From positions 1-64,000 of the forward strand of contig CBDBHR010000024.1 of NCBI GenBank assembly GCA_965205865.1: DNA of 64,000 nucleotides. The letters run 5' to 3'. The notes beneath the pieces are model-generated. The model saw only the letters and a program-made list of their open reading frames with translations. It made no database searches and was not told the origin of the DNA. This stretch comes from a bacterium. Lineage in GTDB: Bacteria; SAR324; NAC60-12. The translations under genes were made by a program, and so were the position numbers. This document shows, one piece after another, positions 19,407-30,361 of this stretch (position 1 is its first letter; each line of letters begins with the position of its first letter).

Positions 19407-20449
19407 TCCAGGGCAATCGAAGAAAGCAGGTTCATCTGACTGAGTATTTTTCCACTTCCCGTGGCAACGGAGGTCAGGGGGTCTTCAGCGTGGCTAACAG
19501 GCAATCCGGTCCGTTCTCTCAACAATACATTCATGCCCAGCAAAAGAGAACCCCCTCCTGCCAGGATGATACCTTTGTCGACAATGTCCGATGCCAATTC
19601 GGGAGGTGTTTTTTCCAGCGCATTGCGCACCGTATTTACAATGGCTTCACATACATCGGACAAGGCGTCATGAATTTCTTCATCGGTGAGGGGCAATGTT
19701 TTAGGAATCCCTGTCACTAAATCCCGACCTTTCACTTCAATGGTCCGTTTTTCTTCCAGAGGGAAAGCGGATCCTACCTTGATTTTGATTTCTTCTGCAG
19801 TTCGTTCGCCAATGAGCATGTTATATTTCTGCTTCACATATTGTACGATGGTTTCATCCATTTTATTTCCTCCCACTCGGGTGGAGTCACTATAAACAAT
19901 ACCTGCCAGGGAAATCACTGCCACTTCCGTGGTCCCGCCACCAATGTCTACAATCATATTTCCACTGGCTTCCGTAATCGGTAGTCCCGCGCCAATGGCA
20001 GCCGCCATCGGTTCTTCAATCAAAAATACATCTTTGGCGCCAGCAGATTTAGCCGATTCTCGTACGGCTCGTTTTTCCACTTGAGTGATACCCGAAGGAA
20101 CCGCCACAATGATTCGTGGTCTCAGACGAAAAAAATTTTTCTTGCGCTTCTGTACTTGGCGGATGAAATAACGCAGCATTTCTTCGACAATTTCGAAATC
20201 AGAAATAACCCCATCTTTCATGGGACGGATGGCGACAATACTCCCGGGCGTCCGTCCCAACATGATTTTTGCCTCTTCTCCCACCGCCAAGACTTTCGTC
20301 GAATTCCTCGCATCCCTTTTTATCGCTACTACCGAAGGTTCCCTGATGAGAATACCATGCCCCCGCATGAAAACCAACGTGTTGGCCGTTCCCAAATCAA
20401 TGGCCAAGTCCTCTGAAAAATGATTCATGAATGAACTGAAAATACCCAT
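19403..20449 (-). CDS. mreB: Rod shape-determining protein MreB
   Basis: IDLGTANT, EEPMAAAIGAG and DIGGGTTEVA motifs. Confidence 0.97.
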   Translation of the reverse strand: MGIFSSFMNHFSEDLAIDLGTANTLVFMRGHGILIREPSVVAIKRDARNSTKVLAVGEEAKIMLGRTPGSIVAIRPMKDGVISDFEIVEEMLRYFIRQVQKRKKNFFRLRPRIIVAVPSGITQVEKRAVRESAKSAGAKDVFLIEEPMAAAIGAGLPITEASGNMIVDIGGGTTEVAVISLAGIVYSDSTRVGGNKMDETIVQYVKQKYNMLIGERTAEEIKIKVGSAFPLEEKRTIEVKGRDLVTGIPKTLPLTDEEIHDALSDVCEAIVNTVRNALEKTPPELASDIVDKGIILAGGGSLLLGMNVLLRERTGLPVSHAEDPLTSVATGSGKILSQMNLLSSIALD

Positions 20450-20789
20450 AACTCCTCTTTAAAAAATAAGGCAAACGCATTTTGGAAAGGATTCATCACT
20501 TTATCGCTTCCTTGTTGACCGGATTTGATCCCTCCGTCCATTCTGGCGGTTGGAGACATTCCGATGAAATCCATATTCCGGCTTTTGAATATTTCTCGAG
20601 TTTCAAAAACACCAGCCAACACCATCATTGCTTACCATTCCCGGACTGTGATCAGTCCCTGGCATAGGTGGCAAAATCTGGAGAGGGCAGAAGGACAATC
20701 CTGCTGGATATGATTTGATGTAAAAAAGACACTGCCATGATTGGTATTCAGGGCGTCCGGCCTATGCCACTGAAAATAGAGTGCCCTTG

Positions 20790-21017
20790 CTATCTCTGTT
20801 TGCTCACCCGTTCTCGTTGAATGATGCGTCCACGGTTCAAATCATATGGAGATAGCTCCACTTTGACCGTATCCCCGGGCAGGACACGGATTTTGTACAT
20901 TTTCATTTTACCTGACAAATGTCCGATAACGACATGTTCATTTTCCAATTGAACACGAAATATTCCTTTTGAAGAATAAAGTACTATTCCATCAAACACC
21001 AATTTTTCTTCACTCAA
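20790..21017 (-). CDS. infA: Translation initiation factor IF-1 (probable TTG start)
   Basis: [37 protein letters not shown] motifs. Confidence 0.95.
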   Translation of the reverse strand: MSEEKLVFDGIVLYSSKGIFRVQLENEHVVIGHLSGKMKMYKIRVLPGDTVKVELSPYDLNRGRIIQRERVSKQR

Positions 21018-21549
21018 ACGACCCCTTTCTCTATAAATGACCAGAAAACTCTCACGCTCCCGCATCCACGGATAGTCTCATTTTTCAACTCTTGAACGCA
21101 GATACGGTAACAATTTGTTAAATTATAACGTAACGATATAACAGAAATTAATGGCAATAAAAAGTTTATGTATCACTAACCATGCAAGCATCACAAACGG
21201 GCGGTTATTAAAATCGAGGTAACCTTATCGGCAAACCACAGATTTCCGGCAGTGCCGTTTTGAAAGCTGATTACCCCTTCAAAGACGTGTCATTTCGATT
21301 CGGAGTACAACCTAACCCGGCCTAGCCGGAACCAAAAAGGGTTTTTTATAACACGTATGTAGGTCGAGATGGAACCTCGAGGCAATATTTCAGCCGGTAT
21401 AATTGCCTCCGGCGGGCAAGGGCTTAACCACCCCCCGCATCCCATATGGTAGGGCCGGGTGACGTCCCGGCCAAAAATGTTAAATAAGTCATGTTATGTG
21501 TATATTTTTTGCATTTGGCGGTTTCCATGAATACGCTTCCCCACAAGTG

Positions 21550-21923
21550 TGTCATTCCTGGCGAAGATCAGGAATCCAGGAGTCGCCATCATGAAAACCT
21601 ACGTTTATATCTTGGCAAGTAAAAGAAATGGCACTCTATATTTTGAGTGACAAATGATCTTCTTAAAAGAGTTTATGAACATAAAAAAAATCTCGTAGTA
21701 AGGATTTACCAGTAAATACCAAGTACATCAATTGGTATACTATGAGACGGCTTCAGAGGTAACAGCTGCTCTCCGGAGAGAAAAACAACTCAAGAAATGG
21801 AAACGAGCTTGGAAAATCGAACTCATTGAGAAAAATAATCCTCAATGGAAAGATTTATATGAAACGTTTTAGTCACCCTGGATCGCCAGCCCTGTGGATT
21901 CCTGGTCTTCGCCAGGAATGACA
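21550..21923. mobile_element. GIY-YIG gene unit flanked by 29-bp inverted palindromic repeats
   Basis: TGTCATTCCTGGCGAAGATCAGGAATCCA at 21550-21578 and its inverted copy (1 mismatch) at 21895-21923. Confidence 0.65.
21591..21872 (+). pseudogene. GIY-YIG nuclease (frameshifted)
   Basis: MKTYVYILASKRNGTLY..VTNDL.KRVYEHK..GFTSKY..LVYYE..REKQLKKWKRAWKIELIE..NPQWKDL, read across two frameshifts. Confidence 0.88.
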
Positions 21924-22297
21924 ACTCGATGAGACGCATAACTGAAAAAATCGTTCACGTAACCTTCATGTAAATTATTTTCACCTCGGAGGATGAAGAA
22001 AAATAACAAACCATATAGTTTCAGTAGATTAGATAGTTTTCTTCACGGTAACATCAGTTAAATAATTGCCGTTTTCAAACCAGGGGTTCCATTTTCAAAG
22101 GGATGTTGATGGATAAACCACCATTGATATTCCTCCGCTGATTCGGCATATCCATGCTTGATGGCATTCAATCGGATGTATTCCAATTGATAAGGGCCGT
22201 GCCGATTCTTACCTGAAAATATTTTTATTTGGATTACTATATGCTATTTAGGAGTTAAAATCTCCTTTTTTAGCATCATCAGGTACCTGATTGAACG

Positions 22298-23197
22298 GTG
22301 AACCCCCGGCGAGGTTTCGTGAAGCAATTTGTTAAATTAAAACCCCAATTTCTTCAATCCAAAGACCGCAGGCTTTCATTGAAGCATCCCCTTTTGGTAG
22401 GCGTCTTGAACGTGACCCCGGATTCCTTTTCGGATGGGGGGTTGTTTGTCGACCCGCAACAGGCGCTCCGGCATGCGCGTCAAATGATCGAGATGGGCGC
22501 TGATTGGATCGACATTGGAGGTGAATCTTCTGGTCCCGGCAGCAAAGCTCTAAGCGTGGAAGAAGAATTAAAGCGCACGCTCCCCATCATCGGGGCCATA
22601 CGGCAGGAAAGTGATATTTGGATTTCCGTGGACACTTATAAAGCGGAAACGGCACGTCAAGCCATCGCAGCCGGTGCGGATGTGATCAATGACGTCACCG
22701 CCCTCAGAGGTGATCCTGAAATGATCGAGATTTTGGCCGAAAGCCAAGTTCCAATAGTGCTCACTTACTCCAAAGATCCAAATGCCCGCACCAGCAAAAC
22801 CCGCACCTCTTATCAGAATGTCGTACAAACAATTGAAACATTTTTTCAAAACCGCTTAGGCTGGTTACAAAGTGAGGGAATCTCTCTGCAAAACATCATT
22901 CTCGACCCCGGTATGGGGTATTTCGTCAGTGGCCTTTCATGCTACAGTTTTGAAATCTTGAGACGTCTGTCGGAATTGGTCGCATGGGGCTTTCCTCTCA
23001 TGGTAGGTCCTTCGCGCAAATCCTTTTTGGCCGGGGTTTCTCCGGGAAAATTTTTAGAACCTCAGGCAAGAGAAATTCCATCCGCCGTTGCAACCAGTAT
23101 TGCAGTCTGGCAAGGCGCTTTGCTGCTCAGATTGCACGATGTTCGGCAGGGAAGATTGGTTTTAAATACGATGCGAGCGCTTCAAGAAAAGATTTGA
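22298..23197 (+). CDS. folP: Dihydropteroate synthase
   Basis: GVLNVTPDSFSDGG, IDIGGES, SRKSF and RLHDV motifs. Confidence 0.95.
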   Translation: MNPRRGFVKQFVKLKPQFLQSKDRRLSLKHPLLVGVLNVTPDSFSDGGLFVDPQQALRHARQMIEMGADWIDIGGESSGPGSKALSVEEELKRTLPIIGAIRQESDIWISVDTYKAETARQAIAAGADVINDVTALRGDPEMIEILAESQVPIVLTYSKDPNARTSKTRTSYQNVVQTIETFFQNRLGWLQSEGISLQNIILDPGMGYFVSGLSCYSFEILRRLSELVAWGFPLMVGPSRKSFLAGVSPGKFLEPQAREIPSAVATSIAVWQGALLLRLHDVRQGRLVLNTMRALQEKI

Positions 23198-23264
23198 ATC
23201 CATTCAATCGAATTTTAGATTGACAAATTCTTGGTTCATCATAGAATACAAGTTTACTTTTTGC

Positions 23265-23341
23265 GTCCCCATCGTCTAGTCGGCCTAGGACTCCGCCCTT
23301 TCACGGCGGCAACAGGGGTTCGAATCCCCTTGGGGATGCCA
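23265..23341 (+). tRNA. tRNA-Glu(TTC)
   Basis: Cloverleaf, anticodon loop CT-TTC-AC, GGTTCGAATCC, 3' CCA. Confidence 0.96.
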
Positions 23342-23382
23342 GAAGCAAACATTTCGATTTTTCCCACCAATCTGTTTGCCTT

Positions 23383-23458
23383 GGGGACGTAGCTCAGCTG
23401 GGAGAGCACGACGCTGGCAGCGTCGGGGTCAGGGGTTCGATCCCCCTCGTCTCCACCA
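23383..23458 (+). tRNA. tRNA-Ala(GGC)
   Basis: Cloverleaf, anticodon GGC, G3:U70 pair, 3' CCA. Confidence 0.96.
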
Positions 23459-23696
23459 TCCTTGCGCGGAATCCCTGGATGGCAACTTGGCCCGGCCTTT
23501 GCCCGTGACGCATATCCGGTCCCGGGTTCTTGATTTCGCCAGGATGACAAGGGGTACTTACTTGGATCTCACCAATTAAAAGCAACCGTGGCATAAAACA
23601 TAAGGAAGACCAATAAAAATCTTGAACTATTTCATTTCATGGGATAAAAGTTTGAGTTTGTGAATTTTCTGTTAAGGATGAAGAGGGAGAAGCTCC

Positions 23697-24122
23697 ATGT
23701 ACGCGATTATCAAATCAGGAGGCAAGCAATACCGGGTGGAGTCAGGCCAGGAGATTCAGGTCGATCTACTTTCAAGTGAACCCGGTTCGCCTTTTGAAAC
23801 GGATCAGGTGTTGTTGATGCATGATGGTTCCAAGTCCCATGTGGGCAGACCCACAGTAGAAGGAGCGGTGGTCAAAGGGACCGTGTTGGCTCACACGAAA
23901 GGCAAGAAAATCGTTGTCTTCAAAATGAAGCGTCGCAAAGGGTATCGCCGCACCCAGGGGCATCGACAGCAATACACGCGAATTAAAATCGATTCGATTC
24001 GATTCAAGTCTAACTCTGAAAGGGAATCATGGCCCATAAAAAAGCAGGTGGCAGTAGCCGCAATGGCAGAGACACAGCAGGAAAACGCCGAGGTGTCAAA
24101 CGATTTGGAGGTCAATTTGTAG
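23697..24122 (+). CDS. rplU: 50S ribosomal protein L21 (apparent C-terminal read-through; natural stop probably 24011-24013)
   Basis: [12 protein letters not shown] and [14 protein letters not shown] motifs. Confidence 0.93.
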   Translation: MYAIIKSGGKQYRVESGQEIQVDLLSSEPGSPFETDQVLLMHDGSKSHVGRPTVEGAVVKGTVLAHTKGKKIVVFKMKRRKGYRRTQGHRQQYTRIKIDSIRFKSNSERESWPIKKQVAVAAMAETQQENAEVSNDLEVNL

Positions 24123-24304
24123 TCGGTGGCACAATTATCGTGCGTCAGGTGGGATCAACCTTTCATGCAGGTAAAAATGTGGGGACGGGAAGAGATTACA
24201 CGTTGTTTGCTCTGACTGACGGTTTTGTCGAATTTGTGAAAAAGCGTTACAGACACGGCGCGTCGGAACGGAAATTCATCAACGTTATTCCTGCGCAGCA
24301 ATGA
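24029..24304 (+). CDS. rpmA: 50S ribosomal protein L27
   Basis: [15 protein letters not shown]. Confidence 0.97.
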   Translation: MAHKKAGGSSRNGRDTAGKRRGVKRFGGQFVVGGTIIVRQVGSTFHAGKNVGTGRDYTLFALTDGFVEFVKKRYRHGASERKFINVIPAQQ

Positions 24305-25269
24305 CCGCCAAACGTGCACTTTCCGGCATCAAACCCACAGGAGATCCCCATTTGGGCAATTACCTGGGGATGATCAAACCCGCTCTCGAGCTGCAAGAAA
24401 GTTACGAAACCTTTTATTTCATTGCAGACTACCACGCCTTGACCACCGTGCAAAATCCCGAGGAGTTGCAGGAACGCCGCTACGAGTTGGTGGCCACTTT
24501 TTTTGCTTTGGGAATGGACATGGAAAATCACGCATTTTTCAAGCAGTCCGATATTCCCGAAGTGACGGAGTTGACTTGGATTCTTTCCTGTATCACCGCC
24601 AAGGGCATCTTGGAACGGGCGCACGCCTTCAAAGACGCCATGGCCAAAAACCAGGAAGTCAATCACGGATTGTTCAGTTATCCCGTGCTGATGGCATCTG
24701 ATATTTTAATTTATGATTCCCATTATGTTCCGGTCGGTCAGGACCAGCGGCAACATCTTGAAATAACGCGGGACATTGCGATCCGTTTCAACCACCTTTT
24801 TGGCGAGGCGCTGGTAGTTCCGGAAGCTTTGATTGAAGACCGGGTGGCTACTATTCCAGGTCTGGACGGGCAAAAAATGAGCAAATCCTACAATAACACG
24901 ATTCCATTGTTTGCTCCCGAAAAGGAACTTCGCAAGCTGATCATGAAAATCGTCACGGATTCCAAGACTGTGGAAGAAGCGAAAGATCCCGAAAGCGACA
25001 ACGTTTTCGCGCTATACGCCTTTTTTGCCAATGCGGAGCAGCGGCAAGCCCTGGCAGATCGTTACCGTGCCGGAAACATGGGTTATGGAGAAGCCAAGCA
25101 GCTCTGTTTTGAAACCGTCAACGCGCAACTCAAAGAATATCGCGAAAATTATTACGAGATTCGTGAAAATTTCCAAAAACTGGATGGGATCCTGGAAGCA
25201 GGACGTGACCGGGCCCGGCCGGTTGCACGTCAAGTCCTCAACCGGGTACGCAATCGGGTTGGCCTTTGA
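24301..25269 (+). CDS. trpS: Tryptophan--tRNA ligase
   Basis: [19 protein letters not shown] and KMSKS motifs. Confidence 0.96.
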   Translation: MTAKRALSGIKPTGDPHLGNYLGMIKPALELQESYETFYFIADYHALTTVQNPEELQERRYELVATFFALGMDMENHAFFKQSDIPEVTELTWILSCITAKGILERAHAFKDAMAKNQEVNHGLFSYPVLMASDILIYDSHYVPVGQDQRQHLEITRDIAIRFNHLFGEALVVPEALIEDRVATIPGLDGQKMSKSYNNTIPLFAPEKELRKLIMKIVTDSKTVEEAKDPESDNVFALYAFFANAEQRQALADRYRAGNMGYGEAKQLCFETVNAQLKEYRENYYEIRENFQKLDGILEAGRDRARPVARQVLNRVRNRVGL

Positions 25270-25301
25270 CTCTCAGGGGTCCCCGCAACCATTCTCTCCT
25301 T

Positions 25302-26738
25302 ATGTCTTCTGACAAAACCCCCATCCCGGATGTGCTCGCGCAGCGTTACGCCAGTGTGGCCATGTGCGAAATATGGTCGGAATCCGGCCGTATTCTGCTG
25401 GAACGAGAATTTTGGATTGCGGTGATGAAGGCCCAGCAGGAATTGGGCGTCGCTATTCCCACGGAAGCCATTGCCGCGTATGAGCAGGTCAAGGAGCAGA
25501 TCGACCTGGCTCGCATCGAAAAGCGTGAACGGTTCCTGCGCCATGATGTGAAAGCCCGCATCGAGGAGTTCTGTCAGTTGGCAGGACACGAACACATCCA
25601 TAAAGGCATGACCAGCCGTGACCTCACCGACAACGTGGAACAATTGCAAATTGTTCGTTCCCTGCAACTGATTCGCGTTAAATATGTCGCCTCTCTGCAA
25701 GCGCTCGCTCGTTGGGCGGAACGCTATCAAAGTCTGATGCTGGTGGCGAGGACCCACTTTGTTCCGGCACAGCCAACCACCCTGGGCAAACGGATGGCCA
25801 TGTTTGGGCAAGAGATGCTGTTGGCCTTTGCCCGTCTGGAAACGCTCGTCGATTCTTATCCCATGCGTGGATTGCAAGGGGCTGTCGGTACTCGACTGGA
25901 CCAGTGGATTTTACTGGAGAACGACTCGGAAGCATTGCGGAAACTTGGCGTGAAAATTCGTCGGCATTTGGGTATTGCCCAAATGTTGAACGCCGTGGGA
26001 CAGATCTATCCGCGCAGTTTGGATTATGAAGTGGTCAGCACGCTCTACCAGCTCAGTTCCGGAATTGCGAGTTTGGCCAAAACTCTGCGTTTGATGGCAG
26101 GATTGGAGCTGGTGAGCGAAGGTTTTCTAGAAGGGCAGGTGGGTTCATCCGCCATGCCACACAAAATGAACATGCGTAGCTGTGAGCGCATCAACGGATT
26201 CCACCAAATCCTCAATGGTTACCTGAACATGTTGATGGGGCTCAGTGGAGATCAATGGAATGAAGGAGATGTCTCGGATTCAGTAACACGCCGGGTGGCC
26301 CTTCCGGGTGCCATGTACGCTATGGATGGGCAATTGGAAACGCTGCTCACCGTTCTTGCTGAAATGCAATTTTTTGAATCCGTCATCGATGAGGAATTGT
26401 CGCGGTATTTGCCGTTTTTAGCCACCACCACTTTACTCATGGAAGCCATCCGACGGGGCTGCGGTCGCGAAGAGGCCCATGACGCCATCAAAACCCATGC
26501 CCTTGCCGTAGCGGAGGCAATGCAGACCTCCCGGCAAACTCCCAATGATTTGCCGGAGCGCCTTGCGGCAGATCCTCGCATTCCTCTTTCTGTGGGAGAA
26601 ATAAAGGATATTCTACGAGATCCCGCACGTTTCGTCGCCTCTTCTGAAAGTCAAGCGCTACGATTTGTCAAGGAAGTCCGCCAGCTGTCAGCGCGTTATC
26701 CGGAAGCCTCCCGCTACAAACCAGCCCCATTGCTTTAA
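25302..26738 (+). CDS. purB: Adenylosuccinate lyase
   Basis: RHDVKA, HKGMTSRD and GSSAMPHKMN motifs. Confidence 0.94.
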   Translation: MSSDKTPIPDVLAQRYASVAMCEIWSESGRILLEREFWIAVMKAQQELGVAIPTEAIAAYEQVKEQIDLARIEKRERFLRHDVKARIEEFCQLAGHEHIHKGMTSRDLTDNVEQLQIVRSLQLIRVKYVASLQALARWAERYQSLMLVARTHFVPAQPTTLGKRMAMFGQEMLLAFARLETLVDSYPMRGLQGAVGTRLDQWILLENDSEALRKLGVKIRRHLGIAQMLNAVGQIYPRSLDYEVVSTLYQLSSGIASLAKTLRLMAGLELVSEGFLEGQVGSSAMPHKMNMRSCERINGFHQILNGYLNMLMGLSGDQWNEGDVSDSVTRRVALPGAMYAMDGQLETLLTVLAEMQFFESVIDEELSRYLPFLATTTLLMEAIRRGCGREEAHDAIKTHALAVAEAMQTSRQTPNDLPERLAADPRIPLSVGEIKDILRDPARFVASSESQALRFVKEVRQLSARYPEASRYKPAPLL

Positions 26739-26797
26739 CCGGAGAATGGCAGAGCCGGTGAACGGCCGAAAGAATCCCCCTCCCCTTGAGGGAGGGG

Positions 26798-27529
26798 CTA
26801 GGGGAGGGGTTCCCACCGGATCTGTGCCTTCAGATAGGCAATTTTCGGGTTGGATTTGTATTTCAACAACTTTTCAAACTCGGTTTCAATGTTTGCTGTT
26901 TGATAGGCGCTTCGCTGCAAATCCGTGGTTTGTTCGAGGAGTCGATATTGAGCAAGATTCGAAAGCATGGTTTGTACCGACTGGAAATATTCCTGATGGT
27001 CGGTTTTGAATAAAAACTCTCCACCCGGTCGCAGCAGCGTGGTCATTTTTTCAAGAAAATCCGCATTCAACAGCCGATGCTTGCGCTGTTTTCTTTTGGA
27101 CCAGGGATCCGGAAAGTTCACATGAATTTTTTCAATCGAATCAATACCAAAATAATCCACCAGATACTCACCTTGGTCCTTGAGCAGCAATATATTGGCG
27201 CACCGGGCTTTCTTGATTTTTTTTGCCGCCAGTACCAGCCTTTTGTAGCGCAGTTCAAAGCCAACAAAACGATGCTCGGGAAAACAGCGGCTCAGTTCCA
27301 GCAGATAACTTCCGGACCCACAACCGATCTCCACCTGTACCACGGCTGTAGACGCGCATTGGCGCATCCGGATTTCTTGAAATTGTTCGGGGGTCGGATG
27401 AGACAGGATGATGTCGGGGTAGTCATAGATCCGTCGTATGTAATCATTGTTACGGACTTTTCTTTCAAAGGTTTCTTTGGGCAAATCCCGGTTATCCGGC
27501 GGTCGATAGCGCATCCAGGACCTCGACAA
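26798..27529 (-). CDS. trmB: tRNA (guanine-N7)-methyltransferase
   Basis: EIGCGSG, NFPDPWSK, KTD and TEFE motifs. Confidence 0.93.
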   Translation of the reverse strand: MSRSWMRYRPPDNRDLPKETFERKVRNNDYIRRIYDYPDIILSHPTPEQFQEIRMRQCASTAVVQVEIGCGSGSYLLELSRCFPEHRFVGFELRYKRLVLAAKKIKKARCANILLLKDQGEYLVDYFGIDSIEKIHVNFPDPWSKRKQRKHRLLNADFLEKMTTLLRPGGEFLFKTDHQEYFQSVQTMLSNLAQYRLLEQTTDLQRSAYQTANIETEFEKLLKYKSNPKIAYLKAQIRWEPLP

Positions 27530-27538
27530 AAAAGCGGA

Positions 27539-30322
27539 TTAATGCGCCTCCAGCCAGTTGCTCCCGGTGCCGATTTCGGCGATCAAAGGGACCTCCAGGA
27601 TCAGGACGTTCTCCATCTCTTCCTTAATCAGTCGACATAAAACTTCCTTTTCCTCCCGCAAGGCATCAAAGACCAGTTCATCATGCACGCTGAGGATCAT
27701 TTTGGACTGCAACTGTTGCGCTTGAAGACGCCGGTTGATATTGATCATCGCCATTTTGATGATTTCGGCGGCACTTCCCTGGATCGGAGTATTGATGGCC
27801 GCCCCTTCCGCATTGTGTTTTACCAGACCAGTGCCATTGATATCGGGAAGATAACGCCTTCTCCCCATCAATGTGGAAGCATAGCCTTCCTTACGCGCGC
27901 GTTCCAAAAAAATTTCCTGCAACGCATGGATGGTGGCATACTTTTGAAAGTACTTTTCAATGAACTTCCGGGCTTCGATTTTAGAGGTCTGCGTCACAAT
28001 GGCGAGGCGATCCGCACCCATACGGTAAATCAAACCAAAGTTCACTTCCTTCGCTTTGGAGCGGCTTTCCCGGTTTACTTCCTGAACGGGTACGTTGTAA
28101 ATTGCCGATGCCGTCAATGCGTGGATATCCAAATTTTTACGATAGGCTTCCAGGAAGGTGGGATCTTTGGAATAATGCGCCACCACGCGCAATTCGATCT
28201 GGCTGTAATCTGCCGAAATCAGCACATGATCGGGACTCGAGGGAATGAACAATTTGCGAATCCGTCGCCCTTCTGGGCTGCGGATTGGGATGTTCTGCAA
28301 GTTGGGGTTGTCGGAAGCGAGCCGTCCCGTGGCGGCGACGGCCTGCCGGAAATTGGAATGTATCCGCAAACTGCTCGGATTGACGAATGAGGGGAGCTGG
28401 TCGATGTAGGTATTCTTCAATTTATTGAGCGTGCGGTATTGCAGAATGGACCAGGGAAGGGGAAACTTACTCATTTTCTCCAAAGTCTCTTCTCCGGTTG
28501 ACATCCCGTTGCCCAATTTAATTTTTTTTGGACGAATATTACACGCTTTGTGGAGCGCCAGTTTTTCATAAAGGACACTTTGCAACTCGACCACCGAGTT
28601 GATATTGAAGCGTTCCTTTGCCAATCGATAGATTTCTTCGCTCAATCCTTCCAGCTTTTTGCTGTAATCCTCTGAGATTTCCACTACATGATTCTGATCA
28701 AAACGCACTCCTGTCAATTCCATCCAAGCCAGCACGAAAACCAGTGGTATTTCAATTTTCTGAAAGGGCAGTATCATTTCTGTCTTTATCAGTTGTTCCT
28801 GGAGGAGGGCTTGGAGCTTAAATATAATTTCCGTATTCTCACAAAGAAAATCCTGGGTTTGCTCGTCTTTTACCTCCTGAGATTCAACGATCTCCATGGT
28901 AAGCTGCCGTGTTTGAGCAGATCCATCCCTGGCAAAGCGACGGGGTTGCTTCAATTTTTCCACTGCCAGATTCTCCAGGCTGTAGTCCCTTTTTGCTTCA
29001 ACCAGGTGCGCAGCAATCATGGTGTCGAAAATATTATCATGAACCCGAATGTCTCTTTGTACCAGGAATTGAATCGCCAGCTTCAAATCATGCCCCACCA
29101 GCAGCAGTGTCGAGTCTTCAAAAAGCGGTTTGAGAGAAGTGAGGATCATCTGCTGTTTGACATCCTCGTCGACAGCAGAGAGATCGGATTGAAAGGCGCC
29201 TGCTGAGAGGGGAAGATAATAAGCGATTCCGGCGTTGGTATAAAAGGCCATTGAGAGGATTTTATCCTGGATCGCATTTTTCCCACTGGTCATCATGTCA
29301 AACGCCAGAGTCTGCGCCTTTTCCAATTCCGTGAGCATCTTCTCTAAAGCAGGCAGTTTATCCACTCGCACATGACGCGCGGCAGCAATTGGCTGTCCAC
29401 TTGCTGCTGTCTCCCGGGAGATAGCCTGCGGTGGACGGCCGAAATTCGCGGCCTGCCCTTCTTCTGGTGCAAAGCGCTTCAAAAAGGACTTGAATTCCAA
29501 TTCTTCCAATATGGCATGAAATGCCGAACTTTCATGAAGTATGGAATGATTGAATGCGAGGGAATCGAAATCAATTTCCAGGGGAACATGGCGATCAATG
29601 GTTACCAGTTTTCTGGACATAAAAGCATCCTTTTTGCCGTAAATCAAGTTTTCTTTCAATTTATTCCCTCGCACTTCATCGAGGTTTTCATAGAGTTTGT
29701 CGATGCTGCCATATCGTTGAATCAACTTCACCGCCGTTTTCTCACCCACTCCTTTCACGCCGGGAATGTTGTCGGAAGTATCTCCCATCAGTCCCAAGAC
29801 TTCTATCACTTGTTCGGGAGTACAGCCGAATCGTTTGAAGACTTTGCCAACGTCTACAATTTCATTTTTTTGATTGAGCATCACAATCCGGTCGGTGATC
29901 AGTTGCATATAATCTTTATCTCCGGTGACCATCACGCCTTCGATGTTTTTTTCCAGACAAAGTCGCATCAACGTGCCAATGATGTCGTCTGCTTCGTATC
30001 CGGACAGTGACAGATAGGGAAGATCAAGGGCTTCGATGAGACGGGAAAGGAAAGGAAGCTGTGCCACCAAGTCATCCGGCATTTTTTCACGAGTTGCTTT
30101 GTAGGCCGTAAATTGCTGGTGACGGAAAGTGGGGTCTGGCAAATCGGTAGCCACTGCCAGGTAATCCAGGGTCTCGGTTTCGATGATTTTGATGATCTGC
30201 GCGAGAAAGCCGAAAAGACCGCTGGTATTGATTCCCTTTGAGTTGATCAAAGGATTGCGAATCATGGCAAAATAACTGCGATAGAGGATTGCCATGGAGT
30301 CGATTGCAACTAATTTGGCCAT
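27539..30322 (-). CDS. polA: DNA polymerase I
   Basis: 5'-3' exonuclease (YEADD, GDTSDNIPGV) and polymerase motifs (DYSQIELR, KEVNFG, VHDEL). Confidence 0.97.
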   Translation of the reverse strand: MAKLVAIDSMAILYRSYFAMIRNPLINSKGINTSGLFGFLAQIIKIIETETLDYLAVATDLPDPTFRHQQFTAYKATREKMPDDLVAQLPFLSRLIEALDLPYLSLSGYEADDIIGTLMRLCLEKNIEGVMVTGDKDYMQLITDRIVMLNQKNEIVDVGKVFKRFGCTPEQVIEVLGLMGDTSDNIPGVKGVGEKTAVKLIQRYGSIDKLYENLDEVRGNKLKENLIYGKKDAFMSRKLVTIDRHVPLEIDFDSLAFNHSILHESSAFHAILEELEFKSFLKRFAPEEGQAANFGRPPQAISRETAASGQPIAAARHVRVDKLPALEKMLTELEKAQTLAFDMMTSGKNAIQDKILSMAFYTNAGIAYYLPLSAGAFQSDLSAVDEDVKQQMILTSLKPLFEDSTLLLVGHDLKLAIQFLVQRDIRVHDNIFDTMIAAHLVEAKRDYSLENLAVEKLKQPRRFARDGSAQTRQLTMEIVESQEVKDEQTQDFLCENTEIIFKLQALLQEQLIKTEMILPFQKIEIPLVFVLAWMELTGVRFDQNHVVEISEDYSKKLEGLSEEIYRLAKERFNINSVVELQSVLYEKLALHKACNIRPKKIKLGNGMSTGEETLEKMSKFPLPWSILQYRTLNKLKNTYIDQLPSFVNPSSLRIHSNFRQAVAATGRLASDNPNLQNIPIRSPEGRRIRKLFIPSSPDHVLISADYSQIELRVVAHYSKDPTFLEAYRKNLDIHALTASAIYNVPVQEVNRESRSKAKEVNFGLIYRMGADRLAIVTQTSKIEARKFIEKYFQKYATIHALQEIFLERARKEGYASTLMGRRRYLPDINGTGLVKHNAEGAAINTPIQGSAAEIIKMAMININRRLQAQQLQSKMILSVHDELVFDALREEKEVLCRLIKEEMENVLILEVPLIAEIGTGSNWLEAH

Positions 30323-30361
30323 AATGGTTCGTCTCCGCTCACTATGTTGTAAAATCCGTGG

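Noticed and set aside
20625-20680. Hairpin between mreB and infA as a possible ncRNA
   Set aside because: Single copy with no recognisable family motif.
26775-26812. CCCCTCCC..GGGAGGGG palindrome at the purB/trmB junction (similar at ~57825-57908)
   Set aside because: Likely a generic REP-like or terminator hairpin; too little evidence for more.
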